A stretch of 64,000 bases of DNA from Anthoceros angustus (lineage: Eukaryota > Plantae > Anthocerotophyta), in NCBI GenBank assembly GCA_010909165.1, contig MU008162.1, positions 558,001 through 622,000 on the forward strand. Reading direction: 5' to 3'. The notes under the pieces are model-generated. The model made no database searches, was not told the DNA's origin, and was given only the letters and a program-made list of their open reading frames with translations. Below, one piece after another: positions 40,844 to 57,521 of this stretch (positions are counted from its first letter, which is position 1; every line of letters starts with the position of its first letter). The translations under genes were made by a program, and so were the position numbers.

Positions 40844-42923
40844 ATGGCCGCCGCCGCCACCACCACTCTCGCGGGGGCCTCCTCCAAGGCCCTGGCTCCC
40901 TCCGCGGCCGGATGCAGCGGCAGCGCCCGGGCGGCTGGCGCCTCCGCCAGACTCGCCGTCCGGGCCGGCGGGGCCAGGCTGCAGAGCTTCAGCGGCCTCG
41001 TGGCTGCGCGCAAGGATGTGCGCAAGTTCAGCAACGTCTTCGGCGTGGAGCACGATCTGATGTCTGCTGTAGCGGCTCAGGTCGGGATTGTTTGTTTGAG
41101 TGTGCGTCTTGCTTTGATTGCATTGTTTGGTGTGGTAGTGTGGCTGGATGGATGGAAGGAGGTTGTGGATGTGCTCAGGAGTGGGATTGGATGCACCAGG
41201 TTTGCAAGTCCGCCGGCAAGGGTCACCGCGCCGTGGTGTGCATGGCCAAGAAGAGCGTGGGAGACCTCAAGGAGGCCGATCTCAAGGGCAAGCGCGTGTT
41301 CGTGAGGGCTGACCTCAACGTGCCCTTGGATGACAGCTTCAACATCACGGACGATACCCGGATTCGCGCTGCCGTGCCTACTATCAAGTACCTCATCGGA
41401 AACGGCGCCAAAGTCATTCTTTCCAGCCACCTCGTATGTGTCGTTTTGCTCTTAGATTGTGGAATTGAGGCTTGCATTCGGTTGCGCTCGGTCCCGGAGT
41501 GATGAACGAGGCGGTTGTGTTGGTGCAGGGCCGTCCCAAGGGAGTGACTGAGAAGTACCGGTTGACCCCCCTTGTTCCTAGGCTTTCGGAGCTCCTTGGC
41601 ATCAAGGTGAGGTGTTGTTGAGGTTTGAGTGCGGGATTTGAGCTGTGCGGGAGATGTTGAGCTGACGTGGAGCTCTGGCCAAGCGCAGGTTGAGAAGGCT
41701 GACGACTCCATCGGCTCAGAAGTTGAGGCTAAGGTTGCGGCATTGCCCAATGGCGGTGTCCTGCTTCTTGAGAACGTCAGGTTCTACAAGGAAGAGGAGA
41801 AGAACGACCCCGAGCATGCGAAGAAGCTGGCTGCCAACGCTGACCTGTATGTCAATGATGCCTTTGGAACCGCTCACAGAGCACATGCTTCGACTGAAGG
41901 AGTTACCGCTTACTTGAAGCCATCCGTTGCTGGTTTCCTCTTGCAAAAGGTGTGTTGAGGAATGCTTTTGGAGGACGTCGTTTTGAGTACTTTGCTCTGC
42001 GTTCTGACTTGGACTGGCTCTGTCCGGGTTGATACAGGAACTTGACTACCTGGACGGTGCAGTGTCTAACCCGAAGAGACCCTTCGCCGCCATCGTGGGA
42101 GGATCTAAGGTGTCATCCAAGATCGGAGTCATCGAGTCTCTTTTGGAGAAGGTCGATATCCTGATCCTTGGTGGTGGAATGATCTTCACCTTCTACAAGG
42201 CGCAAGGCCTGTCGGTTGGGTCCTCTCTTGTTGAGGAGGACAAGCTGGAGCTTGCCACCAGCTTGATTGAGAAGGCCAAGGTGAAGGGTGTGTCACTTTT
42301 GCTGCCCACCGACGTCATTATTGCCGACAAGTTTTCTCCTGAAGCCAACAGCAAGGTATATACCCACTGTGTTGACAAACTGCTTATGCTTGCTTGTTGT
42401 TCCAAATAACTTTCCAGCTGCAGCATCACTCTTCTTTAAACCTGTTTGTCTCTCTCTGCAGACTGTTGCAGCATCAGCCATTCCTGACGGCTGGATGGGT
42501 CTTGACATTGGCCCAGACTCCGTGAAGACTTTCAGTGACGCCTTGGAGACGACCAAGACTGTGATCTGGAATGGCCCCATGGGTGTGTTCGAATTCGACA
42601 AGTTTGCTGTCGGCACGGAGGTGAGCAACAGAGCCCTCTCTCTTCTACAGTGTAATGAACCGCTAAGCTGTTGACTTTTCGTTCTGACTGTTTCATTCAT
42701 TCCCCTGCAGTCCATCGCCAAGAAGTTGGCGGAGCTGAGCGGCAAAGGCGTTACCACTATCATCGGTGGTGGTGACTCAGTGGCAGCTGTAGAGAAGGTT
42801 GGTGTTGCCGAGAAGATGAGCCACATCTCGACCGGAGGAGGGGCCAGTTTGGAGCTCCTGGAAGGAAAGGTCCTGCCCGGTGTGGCTGCCCTGGAGGAGG
42901 CTTTGACACCCGTCACAGCTTAA
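40844..42923 (+). CDS. PGK1: Plastid phosphoglycerate kinase (6 exons)
   Basis: Ala/Ser-rich transit peptide; [29 protein letters not shown]; [16 protein letters not shown]; [15 protein letters not shown]; [14 protein letters not shown]; [10 protein letters not shown]; [16 protein letters not shown]. Confidence 0.97.
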
Positions 42924-43290
42924 GTTATCACTTTCCCCAATTATTTCCGGCTGGCGGCTCGGCCAGCCCAATTCTTTTTAAGTGTGCAGCTACAACCTCA
43001 CGCGAACCAGATGGCCCATTTGCTCGCTGCAGGTATCTGTGTATACCGAACAATCTGTTGATGTTGCTGCAGAATTTGGTCCACACATGGTTCCAAAAAC
43101 TCGTGGTCTTAGAAGATAGTGAGAGGTGGTTGTTTGTAGTATGTAGGACTTTTTTGGTACCACTTCAATCTCCTAGTGTAATTCCTTTGTATCTGTGAAA
43201 AGCAAACAGATGACAGAGTAAAATACTCTACAAATATATATATTTGACATTCAAATCAATACCTCTTAATCTCCTATATGCAGACTGTAT

Positions 43291-46200
43291 CTAAGATTGA
43301 GGCACAATTAACCTCGCTGCCTCAATCTTGGAGGAAAGTTGTTCTAGGCTTAAATATATAGCTTCACTCTCGGGATGCTGTTCATCACCGACGGAAAAGC
43401 TATGCACCATTCCATCCAAATCTGTCCACCAGCTCTGGCCAGGCTGTTTCCAAACCCCGAGTCCTATTCGCCTCGCCTGCATTTCCTGTGCCTCCTCCCA
43501 CATCTGGGCACCGGTGTAGACGTTTGACATCAACACATAAACTGCGGCATCTTTGTTGTCTAGCCTTACAGCTTCATTGAAAGCATGCAGTCCCACTTCC
43601 ACATTGCTCCATTTTTGACACGAACCCAACAGTGACCGCCAAACCGCAGCATCAGGCAGCACAGGCATTGTCTTTGCCAAAGCTAGAGCCTCGTCCAGTT
43701 TGCCTGCACGACCCAGGAGATCCACCATGCATGTGTAGTGCTCTGTCGTGGCAGTGATACCATGAAGTCTGCTCATTGCCTTGAAGTAATTTTGCCCCTC
43801 GATCACTAGACCTGCATGGCTGCATACTGTAAGCACAGAAAGGAATGTGACACTGGTGGGCTGTACGCCGTCCTCTCTCATTCTGTGCAACAAGTCAAAG
43901 ACCACTGCATAGTCTCCTTGGCGGGTGTAGCCTGCCATTAATGCATTCCACGTAATAACATCTCTCTCAGGCAATGCCTCAAACACCTGCTTTGCGTCAA
44001 CCATGGTCCCGGACTTCCCATACATGTTTATCAAACTGACAGCTACAAGCGTGTCAACTTGAATCCCTTGCTTTTGAATCTCTGCATGAAGCTGCCTTCC
44101 CAGATGCAAAGCTGCCACATTTGCACATGCCTGCAGGACGCACACAAATGTCACAGAGTTTGGTGCAACGCTGCCTTCGTCTTGCATAGCCCGGTACAGA
44201 AGAAGGGCTTCCTGCCCCATGCCCTGCTGGGAAAATCCTGAAATCATGGCATTCCATGTTACCACATCTTTCTCCAAAAGCTTGTCGAACATTGTTCTGG
44301 CGTCTTGCAAGCTGCCACACTTGGAATACATGTGCACCAAACTGTTGACTAGTACCACATCAGCTTCAAGTCCTCCCTCTCTGATTTCTGCGTGAAGCTG
44401 CTTCCCCTTCTCCAAACCCAGGGTGCCAACACTTGCACATGCCTGCAGGAGGCACACAAATGTCGCAGAATCTGGTGCAACAAGGCCTTCTTGTTGCATG
44501 TCCCCGTAGAGGCGGAGTGCTTCCAGGCCCATACCCTGCTGGGAATAACCAGCTATCATGGCATTCCAGGTCACGACATTTTTCTTGTCCAGTTCGTCAA
44601 ATACCGCCTGGGCATCCTGTAAGCTGCCACACTTGGCATACATGTTTACCAAACTGTTGGCTACAAATACATCAGTCTGAAGCCCTTGTTCTCTGATCTG
44701 TGTATGAAGCTGCTTCCCATTCTCCAAAGCCGGAATATCCACACTTGCACATGCTTGCAGGAGACACACAAATGTCATCGAATCAGGTACGCTGATGCCC
44801 TCTTCTTGCATACAACTGTACAGATGAAGGGCTTCCTGACCCATGCCCTTCTGCGAATATCCTGCTATCATAGTGGTCCATGTCACCACATCTTTTTCAG
44901 GAAGTAAGTCAAACACGCCCTGAGCATCTTCCAAGCTGCCACACTTTGCATACATGTGGACCAGGCTGCAGCCTACAACCACATCAGCCAGAATCCCCCT
45001 CTCTCTAATGTGTTCATGAAGCTGCTTCCCTGTCTCCAAAGCCAGGGTACCCACGCTTGCACAAGCCTGCAGGACGGACACAAATGTCACAGAATTAGGA
45101 GTAGCCATGGCTTCTTCCTCCATAACACTGTAGAGATGAAGGGCTTCCTGACCCATGCCCTGCTGGGAATATCCTGCTATCATGGCATTCCACGTCACCA
45201 CATTCTTTTCACCAAGCCCATCAAACACTCTCTGAGCGTCCTCCAAGCTGCCACACCGTGCATACATGTTCACCAAACTGTTGGCGACAAACACGTCAGC
45301 CTGAAGTCCTCGTTCTCCAATATGAGCATGAAGCTGCTTCCCATTCTCCAGGGCCAGGACGCCTAAACTCGCGCAAGCCTGCAGGAGGCACACAAATGTC
45401 ACAGAATCAGGTGCAGCGATTCCTTCTTCCTGCATAACACTGTAAAGTTGAAGGGCTTCTTGGCCCATGCCCTGCTGGGAATATCCTCCTATCAGAGCAG
45501 TCCATGTCACAACATCCTTCTGAGGAAGTTCGTTGAACACTCTTTGAGCATCTTCCAAGCTCCCACACTTTGCATACATGTTTACCAAGCTGCGACCTAG
45601 AACCACATCAGCCTGAAGTCCTTGTTCTCCAATCTGCACATGAAGCTGCTTTCCTTTTTCCAAAGCGGGGGCACCCACACTAGCACATGCTTGCAGGAGG
45701 CAAGCAAATGTCACAGAATCAGGCACAGCCATGCCTTCTTCCTCCATAGCACTGTAAAGACAAAGGGCCTCATGGCCCATGCCCTGCTGGGAATACCCTG
45801 CTATGAGAGCGGTCCAGGTCACAACATTCTTTTGACCAAGTCCATTAAACAAGTCCCGTGCATCGTCCAAGCTGCCACACTTTGCATACATGTTTACCAG
45901 GCTAGAACCTACGACCACATCGGTTTGGAGCCCTTGTTTTCCAATCTGTGCGTGAAGCTGCCTCCCCTTCTCCAACGCAGGGCTCCCCACACTTGCACAA
46001 GCCTGCAGGACGCACACAAATGTCACCGCTGTAGGTGCGGCAACACCTTCTTCCTCCATATCACTGTACAAACGAAGAGCTTCCTGGCCCATGCCCCGCT
46101 GGGAATACCCTGCGATCATGGTATTCCATGTCACCACATCTTTCTGACCAAGCCCATCAAACACTCTCTGAGCGTCGTCCAAGCTACCACATTTCGCATA

Positions 46201-46983
46201 CATGTCCACCAAGCAATTCCAAACGAACAGATTAGGCTCAAACTCACTGCCCAGCACATCACCATGCACCTGCTTCCCACTTTCCAAGTCTGCTCCCCTT
46301 GCACAAGCCTGCAGGGCTGCTACAAACACATGGCCATCCGGCTTCACTCCTGACATGCGCATCCGATGATACAGCTGCACAGCCTGCTTGTCCTGCCCAT
46401 GTCTCACATGCGCAGAAATTATGGCAGACCATGTGAACGCATCTGGCTTCACCAATGCCATGAACACATCCATCGCTTCTTGCAGCCTGACATGAGAGGC
46501 GTACATTCGCAGAATATGGTTGCACAGGAACGTGTCTGCCTCGTGCCCGCTTCTCACAATGAGAGCATGCACACGCCGACCCAGAACCAGATTCTTGCTC
46601 CCCGCACATTGTTTCACGACAGCATGCAACAGAGATTGTGAAACAAGACCGTCAGTCTCCACCAGAACTCCCAGAGCCTCTACAGCCTCACCGAGCTGCC
46701 CCTGCTGACAGAGCTCGCTCACGGTGCCAGCAGTCACGCCCCTTTCGTATCCTGCAGGCCTGCCGGGGCCAGAATCCTTGTTTAGCCAGAGGACCTCCTG
46801 GGACTCCCGATGTCGGAATTCGCCCCTCCAGGCTGCTGCCGGTTCGTAGGTTGAAGTGAGGCCGACGGAGCTCTTCCTACAGCACTGCGCACATTGTGTT
46901 TTCTTTGACAAGTCTGGAAAACGTGATGGCTCTGTGCAACGAGCTCGACGAGCGCCAGCTGCTGGGCTGCCTGTGGAAATCAT
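43291..46983 (-). CDS. Intronless PLS-class PPR protein (~29 repeats) with E1-E2-E+ of WW type, no DYW deaminase
   Basis: Repeated P(VVTWxxxIAGYSQQG)-L(SVTFVCLLQACAS)-S(LVNMYAKCGSLEDA) triplets, P2-L2-S2, E1 (AAVWRSLLGSC), E2 (AAVYVLMSNVY) and KQPGQSWW; stops before any HxE/CxxC. First ATG at 46983. Confidence 0.95.
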   Translation of the reverse strand: MISTGSPAAGARRARCTEPSRFPDLSKKTQCAQCCRKSSVGLTSTYEPAAAWRGEFRHRESQEVLWLNKDSGPGRPAGYERGVTAGTVSELCQQGQLGEAVEALGVLVETDGLVSQSLLHAVVKQCAGSKNLVLGRRVHALIVRSGHEADTFLCNHILRMYASHVRLQEAMDVFMALVKPDAFTWSAIISAHVRHGQDKQAVQLYHRMRMSGVKPDGHVFVAALQACARGADLESGKQVHGDVLGSEFEPNLFVWNCLVDMYAKCGSLDDAQRVFDGLGQKDVVTWNTMIAGYSQRGMGQEALRLYSDMEEEGVAAPTAVTFVCVLQACASVGSPALEKGRQLHAQIGKQGLQTDVVVGSSLVNMYAKCGSLDDARDLFNGLGQKNVVTWTALIAGYSQQGMGHEALCLYSAMEEEGMAVPDSVTFACLLQACASVGAPALEKGKQLHVQIGEQGLQADVVLGRSLVNMYAKCGSLEDAQRVFNELPQKDVVTWTALIGGYSQQGMGQEALQLYSVMQEEGIAAPDSVTFVCLLQACASLGVLALENGKQLHAHIGERGLQADVFVANSLVNMYARCGSLEDAQRVFDGLGEKNVVTWNAMIAGYSQQGMGQEALHLYSVMEEEAMATPNSVTFVSVLQACASVGTLALETGKQLHEHIRERGILADVVVGCSLVHMYAKCGSLEDAQGVFDLLPEKDVVTWTTMIAGYSQKGMGQEALHLYSCMQEEGISVPDSMTFVCLLQACASVDIPALENGKQLHTQIREQGLQTDVFVANSLVNMYAKCGSLQDAQAVFDELDKKNVVTWNAMIAGYSQQGMGLEALRLYGDMQQEGLVAPDSATFVCLLQACASVGTLGLEKGKQLHAEIREGGLEADVVLVNSLVHMYSKCGSLQDARTMFDKLLEKDVVTWNAMISGFSQQGMGQEALLLYRAMQDEGSVAPNSVTFVCVLQACANVAALHLGRQLHAEIQKQGIQVDTLVAVSLINMYGKSGTMVDAKQVFEALPERDVITWNALMAGYTRQGDYAVVFDLLHRMREDGVQPTSVTFLSVLTVCSHAGLVIEGQNYFKAMSRLHGITATTEHYTCMVDLLGRAGKLDEALALAKTMPVLPDAAVWRSLLGSCQKWSNVEVGLHAFNEAVRLDNKDAAVYVLMSNVYTGAQMWEEAQEMQARRIGLGVWKQPGQSWWTDLDGMVHSFSVGDEQHPESEAIYLSLEQLSSKIEAARLIVPQS

Positions 46984-47984
46984 GGCCTCCACATCTATTC
47001 ACGCCTGCTTGCTCCAATTGCTGCCGGATAACCATTTACGCTTAAGCTAGAATTGTGAAACGTGAATCGTGGGCGTACCAGTGCCGATCTACGTCGGCCA
47101 TTTCACAGCCATTTCATACTCTGCACCAGCTTCCTGACTGCCAGGATTCTGTTCTTTCTGACAATCTCTGTTCTCTCTGCCAGGGTTCTGTTCCGGTCCA
47201 GCAGAGCGGTAACAGTCTTCCTCGTACTTCTGGAGTTCCGATTCCGTAGGAGCGAATGTTTCTGGGTCCAGCAGACTGTGCATACGTCGCTCACCTTCCT
47301 GCAGCCTGCGATGTTTTGCCGCAAGCAATCGGTGTCACCAGTTCCTACTTTATCTGCTGCTGTGAAAAATTCCACTCTCTTCACACCCGCTTCCTTGGAG
47401 TAACAGACTGCGATAAACATTTGAGTTGAAAACGACGCCGCCAAGAAGACAGGCGCCCCCGCATACTGGGTCTGACTGATCAGTAGGCTGATCCATCAGA
47501 CCCGAAAGGCAGATGTTCACAATTCTATGCCTCTCAGCTTCTGCATGTTTCTCTTTCGCTGTTGCAACCTCCATCTTAATTTGATCGGGTTGGCACTTGG
47601 CAGCAACTGCCTGCAGGGTTGTTGGACGATGCGCCATGGGCGAGCGACGAGCAATGGTATGGCAATGCTCAGGCGCGCGGGAGCGTCGTCTCCAATTGGG
47701 ATGTTTCGCCTGCACAAAGGAATCAGCCAGTCACAAGGTTGTAGGGTGCAGCAAGCAAACAGTACATAAGATCAGCAATGGCTGGACACTGGTACACTCG
47801 TCTGCGATCAACAGCTCCTTGGGTGTCTTCGGAATCCAACAATGACCTCGTTCTCACCCCGACGCTGTGAATGCGTTAACCCTCTCTATAACCTAAACCC
47901 ACAAAATTGATCACCCTAGTGGCCCAGCCTGTAGGACTACAACTATTACTCTGCCAACATAAGAACTACCTAAAAAGCCTGAAT

Positions 47985-50414
47985 CTAGCTCTTCCATGGG
48001 TCGTTGTCCGTTCTGACTTCGGACGGCTCAACAACGTCCGCCGCACCCTCGGAGGCTTCAGCACGAGGCTCCTCGGAGTACTCTTCGACTGCTCCCGCCT
48101 CTTGCTTGCCAATAACCGACCCCATCAACTCGAAAATCTTGGTTCCGAAGTCTGCCGGGTTCTCGGGGGTGAAACCACAGGATAGCAGAGAGGTTTCGTA
48201 GAGCAGATCCACAAGTCCCCTCACTCGGTCGTTCCTGGGAGTATCCCTGCAGGCCACATTCAGATCCTTGATAATGGGATGATCAGGGTTTATCTCCAGG
48301 ATCCTCCTTCCCTTCATGAACTCCAACGTGGAAGTGTCTCCCAAAGCTTGAGCCTTCATGATCCTTTCCATGTTGGCGGACCAACCGAACTTTCCAGACA
48401 CCAGAACACACGGCGCAGAGCTCAGACGCGTTGAAATCTGCACCTTGGCCACCTTGTCCCCGAGGATTTGTTTCATCCAGTCAGTGAGCAGACGGTATTC
48501 TTTCTCCATCTCCTTCTTGTCTTCCTCGTCACCCAGATCCAAGTCCTCCTTGCTGATGTCAACAAACTTCTTATCCTTGTACTCCTGAACGTTCGTGATG
48601 GCAACCTCGTCAATTGGCTCAATCAGGAACAGGACCTCATACCCCTTCTTGTCCAAAGCTTCCAAGAAGGGAGCACTTTGAGCACTCTTGATCGAATCAG
48701 AGGCCAGGTAGTAAATGGCCTTCTGATCAGGCTTCATGGCGCCGATGTAGCCGTCCAAGCTGATGAGATTCTCCCCAGACTTGGAGCTGAAAAACCGCAG
48801 CAAAGGAGCGATCTTCTTGTGATTACCTTGATCTTCAACACATCCCAACTTGAGGTTCTTCCCGAAATTCGTCCAGAAGTTCTTGTAGTCCTCCCCATTC
48901 TCCCGCTTCGCTATATCGTCCATCATGTCAAAAGCCTTCCTCACCAAACGCTTCTTCATGATGCGGACAATGCGACTCTCCTGAAGAATTTCTCGAGAGA
49001 CGTTCAGAGGCAAATCATTCGAGTCTACAACTCCCTTGATGAATCCCAGGTAGCGCGGAAACAACTCTCCGTCAAACTCGTTCGAGATGAACACTCGCTT
49101 CACGTACAGCCTGATGTTCTTCGTCTTCTGGTTGTAGGCTTCGTCACCAAACGGCGCCATGCCCGGGACGTAAAGCAGACTCTTGAACTCAATCTCACCC
49201 TCCGTAGTGAAGTGCGTATACGCCATCGGGTCGACAAAATCCTTGAACGTGTTCTTGTAGAAAGTATCGTACTCCTCCTTCGGCACTTCCTTCGGGGACC
49301 TCATCCAGATAGGCTTCGTCTCATTGCCCATCTCCCACTCAAAATACTTCTCAGTCTTCTTCGTCTTCTCCTTCTTCTCAGCACCTTCCTCCACAGGACC
49401 TTCATCCTCTACCTCCACCTGCCTGGTCTTCTCCTGCCAGGTATAAATAGGGAAGGAAATAAACTGCGAGTAGTTCTTCACCAAGTTAGCCAGTCTCGTC
49501 GAGTCCGAGTACTCGAACTTATCGTCATCCTTCAAATACAACGTCACCGCAGTGCCCCGAGTCAGCAACTTGTCCTCCTCATCCTCCTCCCGAATCGTGT
49601 AAGAGCTGGTATCCGCCTCTCCCTCCCACACATACTGCTTATCCGACTTGGCGCTCTTCGTCCTCACCACGACCTTATCAGCCACAAGAAACGCAGAATA
49701 GAATCCAACACCGAACTGTCCAATCAGGTTATTATCCCCGGTGTTGGCGTCCTTGCTCTCCTTCAAAGCATTCAAAAACCTAGCAGTTCCACTCTGCGCA
49801 ATGGTTCCCAGACTCTCCTGCAACTCCTCCCTCGTCATCCCGATCCCGGTATCCGTAATCGTGATCGTCCCGGCATCCCGATCCGCCTTAATCCGGATTT
49901 CCAGATTCGGATTCGCCGCCAGGAGACCCTGATCAGTGACGCTCAAGAAGCGCAACTTGTCCAACGCGTCGCTCGCATTACTCACAAGCTCCCGCAGAAA
50001 AACCTCCTTGTGGCTGTACAGACTGTGCACAATGAGCTTCAACAGCCTGCTCACCTCCGCCTGGTACTCAAACTTCTGAGCCGCCGGCGGCGCCTCCTCC
50101 CGCTCCGCGACGGTAGCCTCGCACCTCACTCCCGCAGGCCGGATGCCATTCCTCCTCGTCCCGGCTGCGGATCCGCCAAACAGCGCCTTCAGACTGGCCC
50201 CGGACCCGGACACCACCTGCAGCGACCCCGAGGGTCTCCCGCTCCTGGCCGCCAAGCTGTGCGCTTGCCTGGCGGAGCGGGCGGGCACCGCGCTGGCCTG
50301 AGCAATGCCATGCGCCTGCTTCTTCTGCTGCTGCTGCGGCGAGGCCAGGGGGAAGGAGGCGGCCACAGCTCCCAGGCCACGCGCAGCAGAGAGGGAAGCA
50401 GCAGCGGGCGCCAT
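47985..50414 (-). CDS. HSP90-5: Plastid HSP90 (HSP90C/HSP90.5 type), intronless
   Basis: Transit peptide ending VRCEA; [32 protein letters not shown]; [12 protein letters not shown]; [15 protein letters not shown]; [13 protein letters not shown]; C-terminal NDPW. Start could be the upstream Met (~50453). Confidence 0.95.
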
Positions 50415-51000
50415 GGCCACGCTCAGGACTCGCCTCACGCTCCCGGAACTCATACACTCGCGCACCAGAAGCTGCAGAATGCAGATGCTGCGATCACGAA
50501 TGCACTGCTACAACGGAGCTGACGCCGATCGACCGAGCGTCGACGATCCCACCACTGGGCGAATGCAATGCAGAAGGCGGCGCTTCCTAGCCCTGCCGAT
50601 GCCCTAAAAGCAAGCACCGCTGAAGCTTCTAGACGCAACTCTTTCTTGCTCCACAAGCTCCTGCTTCTCGACTCTTCCTTCCGGATTGGGCTAAAATTGG
50701 TGGGCGTCGAGGGTGTTAACCAACACGGTGTTTCGATCATTAGCGATGCGAGCTTATCACGACCTCAGAAACAACCACTGACAGCGGTTAGACATAATAA
50801 TGTACATAATCCCTTTCTCTCCGTTGTTCCCGTATTGAACTAATGAACTGGCTCGCCGCTACCCGTTCCTTCAACTACATTTCTTAGCCTTAGCCCATGA
50901 CAACTTAATGCACCTAATATGATATTATTCGAGAGGTCTGTGTAACATTATCAGATAACCTATCGACGACTCTTGGTCCCATTTGGCACGTAGTCCCGTG

Positions 51001-51150
51001 GAGGGGGCAATGTATTACTCCGCATGACTAGAGGGGGCAATGTATTGCTCCGCATGACTGGAGGGGGCCATGTATTGCTCCGCATGACTGGAGGGGGCAA
51101 TGTATTGCTCCGCATGACTGGAGGGGGCAATATTGGTATTGCTCCGCATG
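51001..51150. repeat. 30-bp tandem repeat x4-5
   Basis: gagggggcaatgtattgctccgcatgactg at 51001, 51031, 51061, 51091 and partly 51121. Confidence 0.9.
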
Positions 51151-51810
51151 ATGCCATTCGCGATGTCATGTTTTTGATAACTAAGGAGAGGGGATTTTTT
51201 CCGTATAGGGAACGCCCATATACATTGCGTAATGGCATGTCACTCGGGGCGAACCTTTTTTATATTAGGGGGAGCAAATTTACATCGCTGATGTGGTTGT
51301 CATAGATCCAACAAGGGACTCTATATGCGAGCACATCATCATCAACCCCCCGGGCTGGGCGGCGGAAGGATGCGCAACCAGCAAGACTCACAAGTACTCT
51401 CCCATGCAAGACAGCCATGTTTTCATCCCCCTCGCCCTCGAGACTCATGGGGCTATGGGCAAGGACTTCTCTAGGTTAATTAAGGAGTGTGCAAAAGCCT
51501 TTCACAGCCATAGGAATTGGAGGGGCCTCCCCCTTTCCTCTGCGGTGGTTTTCTTCATGATGATTTCCATAGCTACTTATTTCATTTATAGGATGGCTAC
51601 GTGTGCAGGACTAGCGGCTTCGTCAGCACCGGTGGTAGGTAGGCCCTTTCATCACGATATCATTGGTGCAGTAGGTAGTTACGGGAAAGGCATTCGAAGG
51701 GACTAGGATTTCCTCTTTTACCATTAGGCCTTTTTGGGTTGTTCCTCCTTGGACTTCAGGGATAGATGGGGTTTTCCATCTCGTCTATTAATAATATTTA
51801 CTCTATTTCT
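51121..51810 (+). mobile_element. 3' remnant of a non-LTR retrotransposon with restriction-like endonuclease (CRE/R2-group)
   Basis: GG..IAPHDAIRD, ADVVVIDP, K..KY and FIPLALETHGAMG are the RLE-domain motif series; frameshifted. Confidence 0.65.
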
Positions 51811-51826
51811 ATTAAGAGAAGTACGC

Positions 51827-52225
51827 AATAGATCAACAACCCTGCAGAACTACACAATAGATCAACAACCCTGCAGAACAAAGGATGCTGCATGAAAGGA
51901 TTAAATACCTTATTTTTGCTATAATAGATCAACAACCCTGCAGAACAAAGGATGCTGCATGAAAGGATTAAATACCTTATTTTTGCTATTCACAGCCAGC
52001 AAAAAACTGTGAATAATAGAAGAAAATAAAATCAATCAAGAAATATGAGGAACGTCTTTCCACCACTGCAACTTCAAGGCCTCACATAGATCTAAGCATG
52101 AGGTAATCACAACACACTTTTGTACTCAAGCTTCTCATAGAAGATCTCTTCAAGGCCTCACATAGATCTAAGCATGAGCTAATCACAACACACTTTTGTA
52201 CTCAAGCTTCACATAGAAGATCTCA
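51827..52225. repeat. Local direct duplications (~66 bp and ~75 bp units)
   Basis: aatagatcaacaaccctgcagaac... x3 and cttcaaggcctcacatagatctaagcatgag... x2. Confidence 0.8.
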
Positions 52226-52701
52226 TTGAAACCTGCTTTGAATAACACCAACAACAAACTCATGATTGTACATAGTGAGGTCTTAGACCTCAATTAATAA
52301 AACCAATGAGCCCTGTGTAACTTGCCAAAGGTTGGGATTAAACACCAAAAAAAATCAATAATCAAGTTCTTTTACGGGCAATAGATGTCTACTGCTCTTC
52401 AAAAGTCCTTAGTAAGAACCAAGACTTCATAAGCTAAACATTCTTCCTCGTAAACATAACTCTGTCACTTTGAGGAAAAACAAAAAAGTATAGGTCGTGG
52501 CTCATAAACAAACGCAATAATGATGTAATGCTTGCGATAGCCTTAGAAATATAATACATTTTTCAACTTTTCCGATGTGAGATACCGGGCTCATAGGTAC
52601 ATAAGCTGAATTGAGCTCTACTAGATTTACAACATAGCTCTGACCTTCCAGGCAGAAGTTAGAGTAGGTAGTCTTCGTTTCTACAGCTAGGCAGCAAAAT
52701 T

Positions 52702-57049
<4,348 letters not shown>

Positions 57050-57448
57050 GGCGTGGGGACTTGGAAGACGTCACATTTCCAGTACCTTAACGATTTGTTT
57101 GCGTTTGTTTCTGTACAAATCCGGCAGGCCAGCGGAGCGTGGAAGGCAGTACATACGAATTCGACTGGACGAATCGCACGACAGTGGCAGTCGGTGGTAT
57201 TATCGGTGGACCAATTGACCGACTCCTGTATCTGGAGAGCGTCCACACTGCCAGACTCCCTGACTCCGCAGTGCTCATCACATTCCAACCTCCGTCCACT
57301 TTGCTTCTTCCTCCACCCTGTTTCTATTTCCATCGAGCTTCTAAGTTACGGCCGGCTAATCCCAAACGTACGCGCGTACCGGCTGTTCCGTTGCTATTTT
57401 AATTATTTAAAGTTTTATATAATTTAAAATATTGTCAGGTGTCATCCA

Positions 57449-57521
57449 TCCGTTGTAGTCTAGACGGTTAGGATACTCGGCTCTCACCCGAGCGACCCGG
57501 GTTCGAGTCCCGGCAACGGAA
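57449..57521 (+). tRNA. tRNA-Glu(CTC)
   Basis: TCCGTTGTAGTCTAGACGGTTAGGATACTCGGCTCTCACCCGAGCGACCCGGGTTCGAGTCCCGGCAACGGAA: intact cloverleaf, anticodon CTC. Confidence 0.97.

Noticed and set aside
48468-50522. 684-aa ORF antisense to HSP90
   Set aside because: Mirror frame of a codon-biased conserved gene; such antisense ORFs are common and it shows no independent protein features.
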